From NCBI GenBank assembly GCA_965197725.1, contig CBDANQ010000056.1, positions 38,696 to 102,695 on the forward strand: a stretch of 64,000 bases of DNA, given 5' to 3'. Below, piece after piece: positions 28,229 to 40,109 of this stretch. The DNA is from Longimicrobiales bacterium (GTDB lineage Bacteria > Gemmatimonadota > Gemmatimonadetes > Longimicrobiales > Gaopeijiaceae). Under the pieces are notes generated by a model. The model had not been told where the DNA came from and made no database searches. It worked only from the letters and a program-made list of their open reading frames with translations. Positions within the stretch are counted from its first letter, which is position 1; each line of letters begins with the position of its first letter. Made by a program: the position numbers and the translations under genes.

Positions 28229-29086
28229 ATGACCGACCAGTCCGGTAAGGGTCTCACCCGACGCGAGTTCGAGGCGGTCATCGGCCGCGCGGTGGAGCTG
28301 TCGTCGTCGGATGCGGACAACGGTGACGGAGATCTCTCCGAGGCCGAGCTCTTCCGCATCGCCGGGGAGGTTGGCCTCAGCGGCATGCACGTGCGGCAGG
28401 CGCTGGACGAGGTGCGATCGGACTTGGCCTTCGGCAGGCCGCTGGACCGATGGTTCGGGCCGCAGTTCATCCGGGTTGCTCGGGTGGTCCCCGGGAACCA
28501 CTCGGAGCTGTCCAAGCGCTTGGACGACTTCCTGGTGGGCACGCAGCTGCTGCAGTCAGTGCGCAGGGGAAGCGAAGTCCTGCTGTATCGTCCCGCCGTC
28601 GACTGGGCGTCACAGATCGCCCGTGCTGCGAGCTCTCAGTCGCGGAAGTACTATATCGCGTCCGCGAAGTCGGTCGAGGTACAGCTGCAACAGCTTGAGG
28701 AGGGCAGGTCGCGCGTCGAGATCGTGGTCGATCCTGGTACGCGTGGGGACAGCGTGGGAAGTGCGGTCGTGTTCGGTGGACTCGGCGGTGTGACGTCCGG
28801 GACCTTTGCGGGATGGGCGCTCTCGACTCTCACGCCGGTCGCTTTGGCGGTAGGCGTCGGGATGCTCGTGGGCGGTACTGTCACGGGTGGCATCACGTAC
28901 CTGACGGGCGCGTCGGCCAAGAAGAAGTTGCTGGACGTAAGGACCGAGCTCGAGGGCATACTCGACACCCTGGAACTCGGGCGTTCGCTCGACCCGCCCC
29001 CGGCGGCCTGGCGCCGCTGGGTCAAGCGCCATTTCCACGGGGTAGCCCGCGACGTGATGAGGTCGGACGATGCGAACGACGCCTGA
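28229..29086 (+). CDS. Hypothetical membrane protein
   Basis: N-terminal EFEAVIGRAVEL..LSEAELFRIAGEVGL module, Gly-rich TM pair; RBS present. Confidence 0.7.
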   Translation: MTDQSGKGLTRREFEAVIGRAVELSSSDADNGDGDLSEAELFRIAGEVGLSGMHVRQALDEVRSDLAFGRPLDRWFGPQFIRVARVVPGNHSELSKRLDDFLVGTQLLQSVRRGSEVLLYRPAVDWASQIARAASSQSRKYYIASAKSVEVQLQQLEEGRSRVEIVVDPGTRGDSVGSAVVFGGLGGVTSGTFAGWALSTLTPVALAVGVGMLVGGTVTGGITYLTGASAKKKLLDVRTELEGILDTLELGRSLDPPPAAWRRWVKRHFHGVARDVMRSDDANDA

Positions 29087-29119
29087 ACCGGCGCCCCCGC
29101 AACCGAAACGGAGATAGAA

Positions 29120-29998
29120 TTGGACATCAGCAGGGTCGGCGTAGTCGGCTGTGGCCTCATGGGCGGCGGCATCGCGGAGGTCGCTGCGAAGAGTGGCTTC
29201 GACGTAATCGTTCGTGACGTGACATACGAGCTGCTCGAGAAGGGAGAGGCGCGCATTCGCAAGTCGATGGAGCGTGCCGTCCAGAAGGAAAAGCTCACTG
29301 CCGAGGACAGCGACGCGGCGCTGGGGCGCCTCAGTCTTACCACGAAGGTGGCTGACCTTCAGAACTGCGACATCGTGATCGAGGCGATCGTCGAGGAGCT
29401 GGAGGCAAAAAACGCTCTGTTCGGCGAACTCGATGGCCTGTGCGGTGGAGGCACCATCTTCGCGTCGAACACGAGCTCGCTCACCATCACCGATTTGGCC
29501 GCGGCGACATCGCGCGCCGACCGCTTCGTGGGCATGCACTTCTTCAATCCGGTACCGGTCATGAAGCTCGTGGAGGTGGTCCGAACGATCGCCACCAGCG
29601 ACGCTACGTTCGACCGTGCCTTCGCGTTTTCAAAGGCGCTCGGCAAGGCGCCTGTCGCGGCGAAGGACAACTCGGGTTTCATCGTGAACCTGCTGCTGGT
29701 GCCGTACATGCTCGACGCAATCCGGCAGCTGGAGCGGGGCGTCGCCGGCGTAGAGGACATTGATACTGCGATGGCGCTCGGGTGTGGATACCCTATGGGT
29801 CCGTTCGTGCTCTGTGACTTCGTGGGCCTCGACACGCTGAACATGATCGGCGAGATCATGTACGAGGAGTATCGTGAGGCGCGCTATGCTCCCCCTCCAC
29901 TTCTCAAGAGGATCGTGGCGATGGGGCGATTCGGTCGTAAGAGTGGAATGGGCTTCTATGACTGGTCGGGAGACAAACCCGCCCCTCTTCCGTTGTAG
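29120..29998 (+). CDS. hbd: 3-hydroxybutyryl-CoA dehydrogenase
   Basis: GCGLMGGGIA, ASNTSSL, GMHFFNP, GYPMGP, GRKSG. Confidence 0.92.
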   Translation: MDISRVGVVGCGLMGGGIAEVAAKSGFDVIVRDVTYELLEKGEARIRKSMERAVQKEKLTAEDSDAALGRLSLTTKVADLQNCDIVIEAIVEELEAKNALFGELDGLCGGGTIFASNTSSLTITDLAAATSRADRFVGMHFFNPVPVMKLVEVVRTIATSDATFDRAFAFSKALGKAPVAAKDNSGFIVNLLLVPYMLDAIRQLERGVAGVEDIDTAMALGCGYPMGPFVLCDFVGLDTLNMIGEIMYEEYREARYAPPPLLKRIVAMGRFGRKSGMGFYDWSGDKPAPLPL

Positions 29999-30112
29999 CG
30001 AGGTCCGCACGCTGGGCGAAAACAACTGGCGCGATGAGAGGGGTCGGCTGCACTATAGGAGGTGGGCCCGACTCATCGGCCCCGGCATCAACGCATCGGG
30101 GGGGGACTGCCG

Positions 30113-30903
30113 ATGATCGTCGCACTACTCTCAGATCCGTATGTCAGGACCGTTGTTCGGCATGCCGCACGTCCAGACAAGGACGTGGTGTTCGATCCGG
30201 TCCTTGCGACGTCAGCGCTCGAATGGGGTGTCCCACGCCTCTTGATCCGCTCGGGCGTGAGGGCGCGGCCGTTCACCGGCATTCGTTCGGATCTCCCGAT
30301 TCTTACGCTAGACCGAGCCTTGATGAGAGGCTGGGAGGTGGACCGCCTGGGCCGGGAGGTGCAGGCCCCACGCCTCGAGTACCTCACCACGCGTCTGCGC
30401 AACGTCATCGACAAGAACGATCACGGCGTGTCCTGGGTGGACAGGGGGCCCTGGCCGACCTGAGCAAAGCGGCGGGGACCCCCCTGCCGGGTCTGCTCCG
30501 TGCTTTTGGACGTCGCGTTCTCGAGTTCCCGACGCATTATCACGACCTGCCCGCGATGGCTCGGGCATGCCACCTGAGCAGGGGGGCGTTGAAGGCGAGA
30601 TTCCGCAGGCGCGGCTTGGAGTCGCCGTACACGTACCTGCGGTGGTTCAGAGTGATGGCCGTAGCGAACCTGTTGTCCGATCACGAGGTCACCGTCGCAC
30701 AGGCGGCGTACAGGCTCGGCTTCACATCGGATGGCAACCTGTGCCGCGCGATGGTCTCAGTGACTGGACTCAGGCCGACTGACGTGCGCACCGTCCGGGG
30801 GTGGAACCATCTGCTTATCACGTTCGCGCGGACATGCCTGACCGGGTCGTCGCTCCACGCGTGGGAAGGGTTGGACGAACTCTTCGAGCAGCGCGCCGCA
30901 TAG
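30113..30903 (+). pseudogene. AraC-type HTH protein, frameshifted at G run 30444-30448
   Basis: SWVDR / ALADLSKAAG join; C-terminal MARACHLSRGALKARF and AAYRLGFTSDGNLCR double HTH. Confidence 0.65.
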
Positions 30904-30931
30904 GAGTGCCGTGCGGCCGGCTCAGGCTGCC

Positions 30932-31135
30932 CTAGCGCCTGTTCCGACGCTGGCGCCTGCGCTCGCGACGAATCGCCGCTTCACGCTTCCGCTTACGCTG
31001 GGCGCTCGGCTTCTCATAGTACCGACGCTTGCGCAGTTCGGAGTAAAGGCCAGAACGCTGCACCTTACGCTTGAAGCGCCGCAGTGCGCGGTCGAGGCTC
31101 TCGTTATCCTGGACGACCACTTCCAAGACGATCAC
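30932..31135 (-). CDS. rpsU: 30S ribosomal protein bS21
   Basis: [20 protein letters not shown]. Confidence 0.95.
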   Translation of the reverse strand: MIVLEVVVQDNESLDRALRRFKRKVQRSGLYSELRKRRYYEKPSAQRKRKREAAIRRERRRQRRNRR

Positions 31136-31226
31136 GCTCCTCAGGCATTGGATTTGAACAATACAAAACTTAAAAAGCTAAATGTGGGGCTCGGATCGCA
31201 CAACGGGCTTCGGGCCCCCACGCTTG

Positions 31227-31909
31227 CTACGGGAGTCGTCCCTCCCGATGGAGCGTGTGGGTGTATAGGCGGTACGCTTCGGCGTGCGCCAGAAAGTCTT
31301 GGGCCCAGGTCTCGAAGTCGGGAAGCGGCAGCAACCCTTCGATATGGTCGACGACCATCATCGCGAACTGAACCCGGTCCTTGGTGCGGAAGTCGATGCT
31401 CTCGCCAGCGAGGATTGGGTCGACCGCATGCTCGAAGTCCGTCAGCTCGACCAGGCAGATGAAGTGCGAGACCTGGTCCAGGCGGTAGGAAGTGTAGAGC
31501 GATCGAAGTTCCTCGAGCTCTTCACGTTTCGGAGGGACGCATCGTCGGCCGCCCAATCACCGGCGATTTCCTGGGCGTTCTCCCTGAGAAGCGCCCGGAA
31601 CTGTCCCCTGAGGGGCGGGCTGCCATTCCCGTTTCGTCGGCTCGTGTGCAGGGCGGAATCCAGCAATCCCGTCAGGAGAGGGCGGCCCAGCCCGCGAGCC
31701 TTGTGGTGGATCTCGGCTTCCGAGTCTTCGATGAAGATGTCGGCGGTCCGAACCTCGTCCTCTTCGGCGTCTCCATGTCCTGGCCGGAACGAGAAGTAGC
31801 CGTGCCACAGCCCCTCTTCTTCCACGAACGTGACAAGGAAACACGCCCACGATTGGCCATCATTCTCGATGAACGCGACCGAGCGCCTACGTTCGTTGAG
31901 TATCGTCAT
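31227..31909 (-). pseudogene. Two-domain hypothetical protein (unknown domains A+B), frameshift near 31525-31540
   Basis: ORF ending 31442 (from MTILNE) overlaps ORF 31227-31556; both halves look protein-like and have paralogs nearby. Confidence 0.6.
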
Positions 31910-32045
31910 GAAGGATGGGCTGGTACGTTGCGGTTGGCGGTCCGGAGCCGGCTTAATATCCCTATGGCCGTCCCAAGATGATCGGGGTGCCTGGACTGAG
32001 CAAGGCGTGATCCGGAACCTGCCAATCACCAGCGAGACTTTTTCC

Positions 32046-32075
32046 TTGCGGTGGCCGTAAACAGATTGTTATCCT
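32046..32075 (+). promoter_or_regulatory. Putative sigma70-type promoter
   Basis: TTGCGG, 18 nt, TATCCT with extended TGn. Confidence 0.4.
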
Positions 32076-32150
32076 TGGTACCGATCGTGAAGATCAGATC
32101 CCACGAAAGCGTTGTGCGCGTTAGGGAGTTGTCCCGACTCGACTCAGTCG

Positions 32151-32177
32151 AACCCGGCCCTCGGCCGGGTTTCTTTT
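32151..32177 (+). terminator. Intrinsic terminator-like hairpin in the leader of 32230
   Basis: aacccggcc-ctc-ggccgggtt followed by tctttt. Confidence 0.6.
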
Positions 32178-32229
32178 CCGGAAAAGGCGCGTCCGTGCCC
32201 ATGGGGTCGGGCGCGAACGAGACCAAGCA

Positions 32230-33117
32230 ATGGATTCGAGCACGCAGACCCACGCCCGCCCCGAGGCGATGGGGGATGTTCCCGGGATCTGTGAGCTTCC
32301 GCTCACTCGCGCGATTGTGCAATACAGGGACGTTCATGAGATGGACGCTTCCGGGGGTCGCATCGAGGACATCGGGCTCGCGCTCGTTGTCGAGAGCCGC
32401 TACGCTGCTTCCGCCGAGGTCATAGACCTCGGGAGCGGTCGCGTGAAAGTCCTCGATCTCAGTACCGAGCTCGTGGTTCTGGACTGGGTCTACGAGCCGA
32501 CCTTGGACCACGTCACGTGCCTGATTACCGCGACCGCGGCCACTCGGGACGAAAGCCCACTTCGTCAGTACTCGTTCAAGCTCGGGCTTCGCATCCTCGA
32601 GCGGGTGGGTTTCGGCCCGCTCACACGCCCGACCTTTCTGCGGATCGGGTACCGGGATATTTGCCGCGACCTGGACCTGCACGAGGGCACGTCGATCCGG
32701 ATTGTCCTCGGGCCTGGGCGACTCACCCGAGTACATCTGGACTACGATGCCTGTGCGCTTGTCTTCAAGACGGCATTCAGTGAGCCCGTCGGTCCGCTCG
32801 AGCATGCTCTCTCGGAAGCCTTTCCGAGCGCCGAGGTATGTCGCTTCGAGCCGGTGTGGGACGCTGACTCGATCCAGTACCGCGTGCGGCTTCCTCTGCC
32901 GACTTCCTTCCGAGAGGCCCGCACGAGTCTCGCGACGATGCGCCGGGGGCTCGTCTCGATAATGGCCCGCTTCGAGCCGGACCGTTTAAGGTCGGTCGAG
33001 CACGTGGTGGACGCTTTTGGTGAACGCGAGACGCTCGGTGGTCTCCGTGTTCAGGAGTCGATGGTCGAGGCGGTGACACTGGCACGGTCGGCGACGGGTT
33101 CGCTCGTAGTCCACTAA
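32230..33117 (+). CDS. Hypothetical protein (295 aa)
   Basis: Long ORF with protein-like composition; no family recognised. Confidence 0.65.
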   Translation: MDSSTQTHARPEAMGDVPGICELPLTRAIVQYRDVHEMDASGGRIEDIGLALVVESRYAASAEVIDLGSGRVKVLDLSTELVVLDWVYEPTLDHVTCLITATAATRDESPLRQYSFKLGLRILERVGFGPLTRPTFLRIGYRDICRDLDLHEGTSIRIVLGPGRLTRVHLDYDACALVFKTAFSEPVGPLEHALSEAFPSAEVCRFEPVWDADSIQYRVRLPLPTSFREARTSLATMRRGLVSIMARFEPDRLRSVEHVVDAFGERETLGGLRVQESMVEAVTLARSATGSLVVH

Positions 33118-33122
33118 GAGGG

Positions 33123-33431
33123 ATGTTGTCGCCGGGGCACCGGCGGCCGAGGCCCCGTGGCGACCGTGGACGTGCGCACGGCCCGTTACGCGATTCACGC
33201 CACTTTCGGTCGTTGGGCGAGGGTCCGGCGTGGCGAGGGTACGCCGCGTTCCAGAATCAGGACTCGGAGCGGCCATACCGAACCGCGATGATCTTCAGGG
33301 CGACCGACCCTGCGGTACCGCTGGAGAGCTTCATCGGCTTCGCAAAAGCAGCCCTACCAGCGTTTCTCCGCTCTACCCTCCCGAGCCAGATTTTTCATAA
33401 AAATTCTTGCCGGTCGACTGTCTGTGAGTGA
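33123..33431 (+). pseudogene. Stand-alone unknown domain A, probably frameshifted near 33205
   Basis: WRGYAAF..RTAMIF..AFLRSTL aligns with WHGYFSF..RTADIF..GLLDSAL of the 31909 gene. Confidence 0.5.
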
Positions 33432-33609
33432 GAAGTTCGGATCTCCAAACGCTGTGAGCCACTTGCACTTCCGTGACCCGTACGCTGTGGAGTATAAGCT
33501 GTGACGAAGCTCGGGAACAGTTGGTTACGAAAAATGGCTAAATCGTAAGTCATTGCAGGGAAACACTTTACGGGTCACGTGTTTTCTTGTGGCCCGGTCA
33601 ACAAAGGGG

Positions 33610-33638
33610 TTGCGTACCCCTGACAGGTGACTTACTGT
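33610..33638 (+). promoter_or_regulatory. Putative sigma70-type promoter
   Basis: TTGCGT, 17 nt, TACTGT, about 120 nt upstream of ATG 33759. Confidence 0.45.
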
Positions 33639-33758
33639 GGTAAACACCATCGATGATGTTGGCGGCCCCCGATCGAACCATCTTCGATGTCCTCCCGCTA
33701 TGAGCGGGACTCGGAAAAGTGTGCTTTTTCATCCTGCTGCCGTGGGTGAGGTGTGTCT

Positions 33759-34184
33759 ATGTGGGAGACGTGTTCCGTACAGCTCAATGTGCGCTTGCCA
33801 CGCGACATCGCCGCTCAGGCAGAAGAGGTCCAGAAGGCGGATCCCGAGTTTCTGAGCCGCGTGGTCTTGTACGGTCTGACCCGGCGCTCCATATACCAGC
33901 ACCTCCGTGAGCAGAGCGAGACCGAGCCGCCTCAAGAGGTCCAGGAGACGCCCCAGGCGTTTCCTAAGAGCTTGCGCTTCCAAGCCCTCCGATCCATACC
34001 TTTTGGCGCGATCGAGCCGGACGTAACCGATCGCGCCCGGCGTAGCCGGGGGGCTTCTTCACGTCCAGCGGGAGCGTCACCGTGGACGCGGGTCAACAGG
34101 GCTCCGAAGAGCCGCCAGAGGTCCTGCGCGCCAAGTATGTCGACTACTGCTCGGCGCAGGTCGCGGATCTCCTCCTCTATCTGA
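33759..34184 (+). CDS. Small ribbon-helix-helix-like protein; 3' part probably a read-through extension
   Basis: VQLNVRLPRDIAAQAEEV..FLSRVVLYGL; ORF overlaps the next gene by about 100 nt and runs through a hairpin at 34035-34060, so the true end is likely near 33967. Confidence 0.55.
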   Translation: MWETCSVQLNVRLPRDIAAQAEEVQKADPEFLSRVVLYGLTRRSIYQHLREQSETEPPQEVQETPQAFPKSLRFQALRSIPFGAIEPDVTDRARRSRGASSRPAGASPWTRVNRAPKSRQRSCAPSMSTTARRRSRISSSI

Positions 34185-34414
34185 GCCCGGATGAGATCTA
34201 CTTGCTCGCCCAACGGGCCTATCGCGAAGAGGGCGGAGACGAGGAACTGACCTACGTCCAGATGGTTCGCATCGCCACCGACTGGCTGTCCCGCAAGATC
34301 TCGCTCCCGCCTTTCGACACGTGGCTAGTCGACTACAAGGCTCACCCCGACAGGTATGAAGAGTATTTCCTGGGCCTCTGGGAATCCGAGACCGAGGTGC
34401 CTGTAGACAGCTAG
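34082..34414 (+). CDS. Stand-alone unknown domain B protein
   Basis: GGGAG RBS, GTG start; LRAKYVDY..QV..LPPFDTWLVDYKAH similar to the 31227 C-terminal domain. Confidence 0.7.
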   Translation: MDAGQQGSEEPPEVLRAKYVDYCSAQVADLLLYLSPDEIYLLAQRAYREEGGDEELTYVQMVRIATDWLSRKISLPPFDTWLVDYKAHPDRYEEYFLGLWESETEVPVDS

Positions 34415-34419
34415 GATCA

Positions 34420-34864
34420 CTAGAAGGGCAGATCGTCGTCCGCGTCCCGTGGCTGGCGGCTGACCGCCCTCCCCACCACCTCCGCCGCCGAACCCTCGAC
34501 CTCCGCCTCCTGCGCTCCGGTCGCCACCCCCTCCCGACGAGCCGAGCATCACCATCTCGTTGACAACGATGTCGGTCCAGTACTTGGTCCCGCCCTCGCC
34601 TTGGGTCTGGGAATACTCGATGCGGCCTTCCACATAGAGCCGGTCACCCTTCTTCACCCATTGCTCGACGATGTCGACCAGGCGTCCGAAAAAGGTCAGC
34701 CGGTGCCACTCGGTCTTCTCCTGCTGCTGACCGGAGCGGTCGGACCAGGACCGGTTCGTCGCCACGGAAAGCTTGGCCACGCGCGCGCCTGATGAAGTCG
34801 CTCGGATCTCCGGGTCGTTACCGACGTTTCCGATCAACATCACCTTGTTCAGGGACCGGCTCAT
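34420..34864 (-). CDS. ssb: Single-stranded DNA-binding protein, +1 frameshift before the acidic tip
   Basis: SLNKVMLIGNVG, EKTEWHR, KGDRLYVEGRI; DADDDLPF* lies one base out of frame (span 445 nt). Confidence 0.93.
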
Positions 34865-35061
34865 GTACGCTCCTACTTCGGGCCTCTCGCCCGAGTCAGA
34901 CAGGGAAAGTTGCGGGCGCGGTGCGGACGTGTGCGGCACCCGAATCGCGCGGATCAGCGCGCAAAGATAAGGGCTGGGATGGCGTTTTTCCATCGCCCCT
35001 CAAGGCGCTATCTTGCTCAGTTCCGACACGTGCACGCGCTCTAGAAAGGACCGCCCGGGGC

Positions 35062-35847
35062 ATGGCCGATCTGACGTACATCCGAGTCGAACACGATGCC
35101 GAGATCGCGGTAATTTCCATCGATCGGCGGGACAAACTCAACGCGCTCAACGCCGAGGTGGTCGCCGAGCTAGGGCAGGTTTTCGAGAGCCTGAGGGAGG
35201 ACGACAGCGTACGCGGGGTGATCGTGACGGGGGCGGGTGAAAAGGCGTTCGTCGCGGGAGCGGATATCGGTGAGCTCGCGAAGACGGACTCGATCTCGGG
35301 GGTTCGAGTCAGCCGGGACGGCCAGAATGTCTTCATGGCGATCGAGCGTTTCCCGAAGCCCGTGCTCGCAGCGGTCGGAGGCTTTGCGCTAGGGGGAGGC
35401 TGCGAACTCGCCTTGGCATGCCACCTCCGCATCGCGAGCGAGAACGCCCGCTTCGGTCTACCCGAAGTTGGTCTCGGTATCATTCCAGGCTACGGAGGAA
35501 CCATCCGGCTTTCCCGCCTCGTGGGTCTTGGCCGGGCGATCGAACTCACGCTCACCGGGGAGATGGTTGGCGCGGAACGCGCCGAACAGATTGGGCTCGT
35601 GTCCGCCGTCGTGCCCCGCGAGTCGTTGCTCGACGACGCCAAGGAGTTCATGCGTAGGATCACCAAGAACGGACCCATCGCGATTCGCCTGGCGCTGGAG
35701 TCGATCTACAGAGCGCTCGACACCACGACGTCGGATGCTCTCGTCTTCGAGTCCTCCCTCTTCGGTCTTCTCGCCTCGACGGAGGACATGAAGGAGGGCA
35801 CGGCGGCGTTCATGGAGAAGCGGAAAGCGGACTTCAAGGGACGCTGA
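35062..35847 (+). CDS. crt: Enoyl-CoA hydratase / crotonase
   Basis: AFVAGADI, GGGCELALAC, FGLPEVGLGIIPGYGGT. Confidence 0.88.
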   Translation: MADLTYIRVEHDAEIAVISIDRRDKLNALNAEVVAELGQVFESLREDDSVRGVIVTGAGEKAFVAGADIGELAKTDSISGVRVSRDGQNVFMAIERFPKPVLAAVGGFALGGGCELALACHLRIASENARFGLPEVGLGIIPGYGGTIRLSRLVGLGRAIELTLTGEMVGAERAEQIGLVSAVVPRESLLDDAKEFMRRITKNGPIAIRLALESIYRALDTTTSDALVFESSLFGLLASTEDMKEGTAAFMEKRKADFKGR

Positions 35848-35897
35848 AATCCGTTAAATTCTGGTATGTATTCTGGGACTCTCCCAACCCCTGGTCC

Positions 35898-37018
35898 GTG
35901 CGTCTGAGTGGGCTCGCAATTCGCCACTTCCGAAACCTCGGAAGTCAGGATGTGGAACTCCCGTCCGAGGGTGTCGCGTTGATCGGTGACAACGCTCAGG
36001 GCAAGTCCAATTTCCTCGAGGCGATCTACTACCTCGAGACGTTCCGGTCCTTCCGAGGTGCTCGCGACGAACAACTCGTGGCGTTCCACCAGGGTGTTTT
36101 TAGGGTCGCCGGCACCTTGGAGGAGACAGGCGCGGACGGGTCATCGGAGGTCGCAGCGGCCTTCGAGAAGAAAGGAAAGCGGAAGAAGGTTTCCCTCGAC
36201 GGCGCGGAGCCCGATCGCATGGGCGACGCGCTGGGGCGCCTCGCAGCGGTGATCTTCTCCGCTGCCGACGTGGAGCTCGTGAGCGGAGGCGCCTCGGAGC
36301 GCCGGCGCTTTCTCGACATCGTGCTTTCCCTCAGCGAGCCCGGGTACCTCACGGCGCTCCAGGACTACCGAAAGATTCTGGTGCGCCGCAACGCTTCGCT
36401 CAAGGATGGGCAGCCCGGTTCGGTCGTCGTGGCGTGGGACAAGGGACTCGCCAGGAGCGGGGCGGAGGTGATGCGAGCCAGGCGGAACTTGATCGAGCAG
36501 CGGCGCGGGGCGTTCCGGGACTATTACCGGGAGGTCTCGGACGGTCTCGCTGCGCAAATGACGTATCGGCCGAGCGTGACGCTCGACACCGCCGTTTCCG
36601 AAGAAGAGATCGCGGCTGCCTTCCGCGATGCCCTCGCGGAAGCAAGCGAGCGCGAGCGGAGAATGGGAACAACGGTAGTCGGCCCGCACCGGGATGATCT
36701 CCTCCTTCGCTTGGGGGACCATGCGAACGGCCTTGACCTGCGCGCGTACAGCTCGGGCGGGCAGCGCCGCACGGCTGCGCTCGCGCTCCGGCTCGTCGAG
36801 GCCAGGACGATCCGGGAGACTCGCCAGCGAAGGCCTTTGATCCTCCTGGACGACGTCTTCGCGGAGTTGGACAGCGGGCGGGGCGAACGAGTGCTTGCGC
36901 TGATGGAGAAGGAAGAGATGGGGCAAATCGTGCTGACGTCGCCGAAGGAGGCCGACGTGAAGATCCGGAAGGACTCGCTGCCCCGTTGGCGCATCGAAGC
37001 AGGGAGGATCACCGCGTG

Positions 37019-37019
<1 letters not shown>
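35898..37019 (+). CDS. recF: DNA replication and repair protein RecF
   Basis: FRNL, GDNAQGKSN, RRRFLD, GPHRDDL, SGGQ, LLDDVFAELD. Confidence 0.95.
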
Positions 37020-39290
<2,271 letters not shown>

Positions 39291-39339
39291 GGCGTCGTTG
39301 CCGTAGTGGGGGTTACGACCTGGGGTGGCCTGAAGGTTG

Positions 39340-39627
39340 GGCTCGAGGGAGTACGGAGTCAGACTCAGAATCTCCGACTAGTCGCGACGACGGCGCGTGG
39401 GAGTGTGGCCCGACGAAGTCCCCTTTTCCGATCCGACCGTGCTCATGTTCGGCAACGAGACCGCCGGTCTCGGTCACAAGGTCGCCGAGCTCTGTGACAC
39501 CAGCGCGTCCATCCCGATGAGCGGGTCGGCTTCCTCGCTGAATGTGGCGAGCGCCGCGACGGCTATTCTCTACGAAGCGAGGCGGCAAGCGGCGGGTCGC
39601 CTCATGACAGCGTGGGTGGCCGCCTAG
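39340..39627 (+). pseudogene. TrmH/SpoU RNA methyltransferase C-terminal remnant
   Basis: FGNETAGL..IPMSGSASSLNVASAATAILYE; N-terminus missing, frameshift near 39405. Confidence 0.8.
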
Positions 39628-39639
39628 CCTGTGGCGTCC

Positions 39640-39902
39640 GACCGTCTGGAAGTGCACGCTGACCGGATACACACTTAGATGGAGCAAGAAGGGCGTGGAT
39701 GGTTCCGGCAAGTGCACCATCGCGGTCTCGCCGAGGGAAGCGATCGGAGTCCATGGGGTTCCTCTATCGCCTTCCCGCGACGGAGAAAGCGGCGCTCGAT
39801 GTCGTCGAAGGGCTCGGAACGGGATACGACGAGGTCTGGGTGACAGTGGAAGCAACGGCTGGCGACGGCAGGCGCGCAACAGGATCCCGACGCGAATCGT
39901 GA
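39640..39902 (+). pseudogene. Gamma-glutamylcyclotransferase-like remnant
   Basis: LTGYTLRWSKKGVDGSGKCTI..VHGV / LYRL..LDVVEGLGTGY; frameshift at 39761, both ends missing. Confidence 0.65.
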
Positions 39903-39995
39903 AGCCAGGAACCGGGCTGCCATCCCCTGTGGGGAGCAGCCCTGATCATGCGTTGATCTCAAGCGCCTTCCAAGCCGCGATGATCGCGGCCTCGC

Positions 39996-40069
39996 GCGGT
40001 CGACGACCAGGGCAACATCTGGGGAGCCTCCGTCGGCGATCGAACCGTTGGAAGTGGGTTAGGAACTGA
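39996..40069 (+). pseudogene. NHL-repeat protein C-terminal remnant
   Basis: AVDDQGNIWGASVGDRTV / WKWVRN*. Confidence 0.45.
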
Positions 40070-40109
40070 GCATCAGGCCGTCCACCATTACCGATCGAGG
40101 AGCGACCGA

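Noticed and set aside
35848..35897. Possible SOS box upstream of recF (ctggtatgtattctgg)
   Set aside because: Does not complete the CTG-N10-CAG palindrome, and the LexA motif of this lineage is not known to me.
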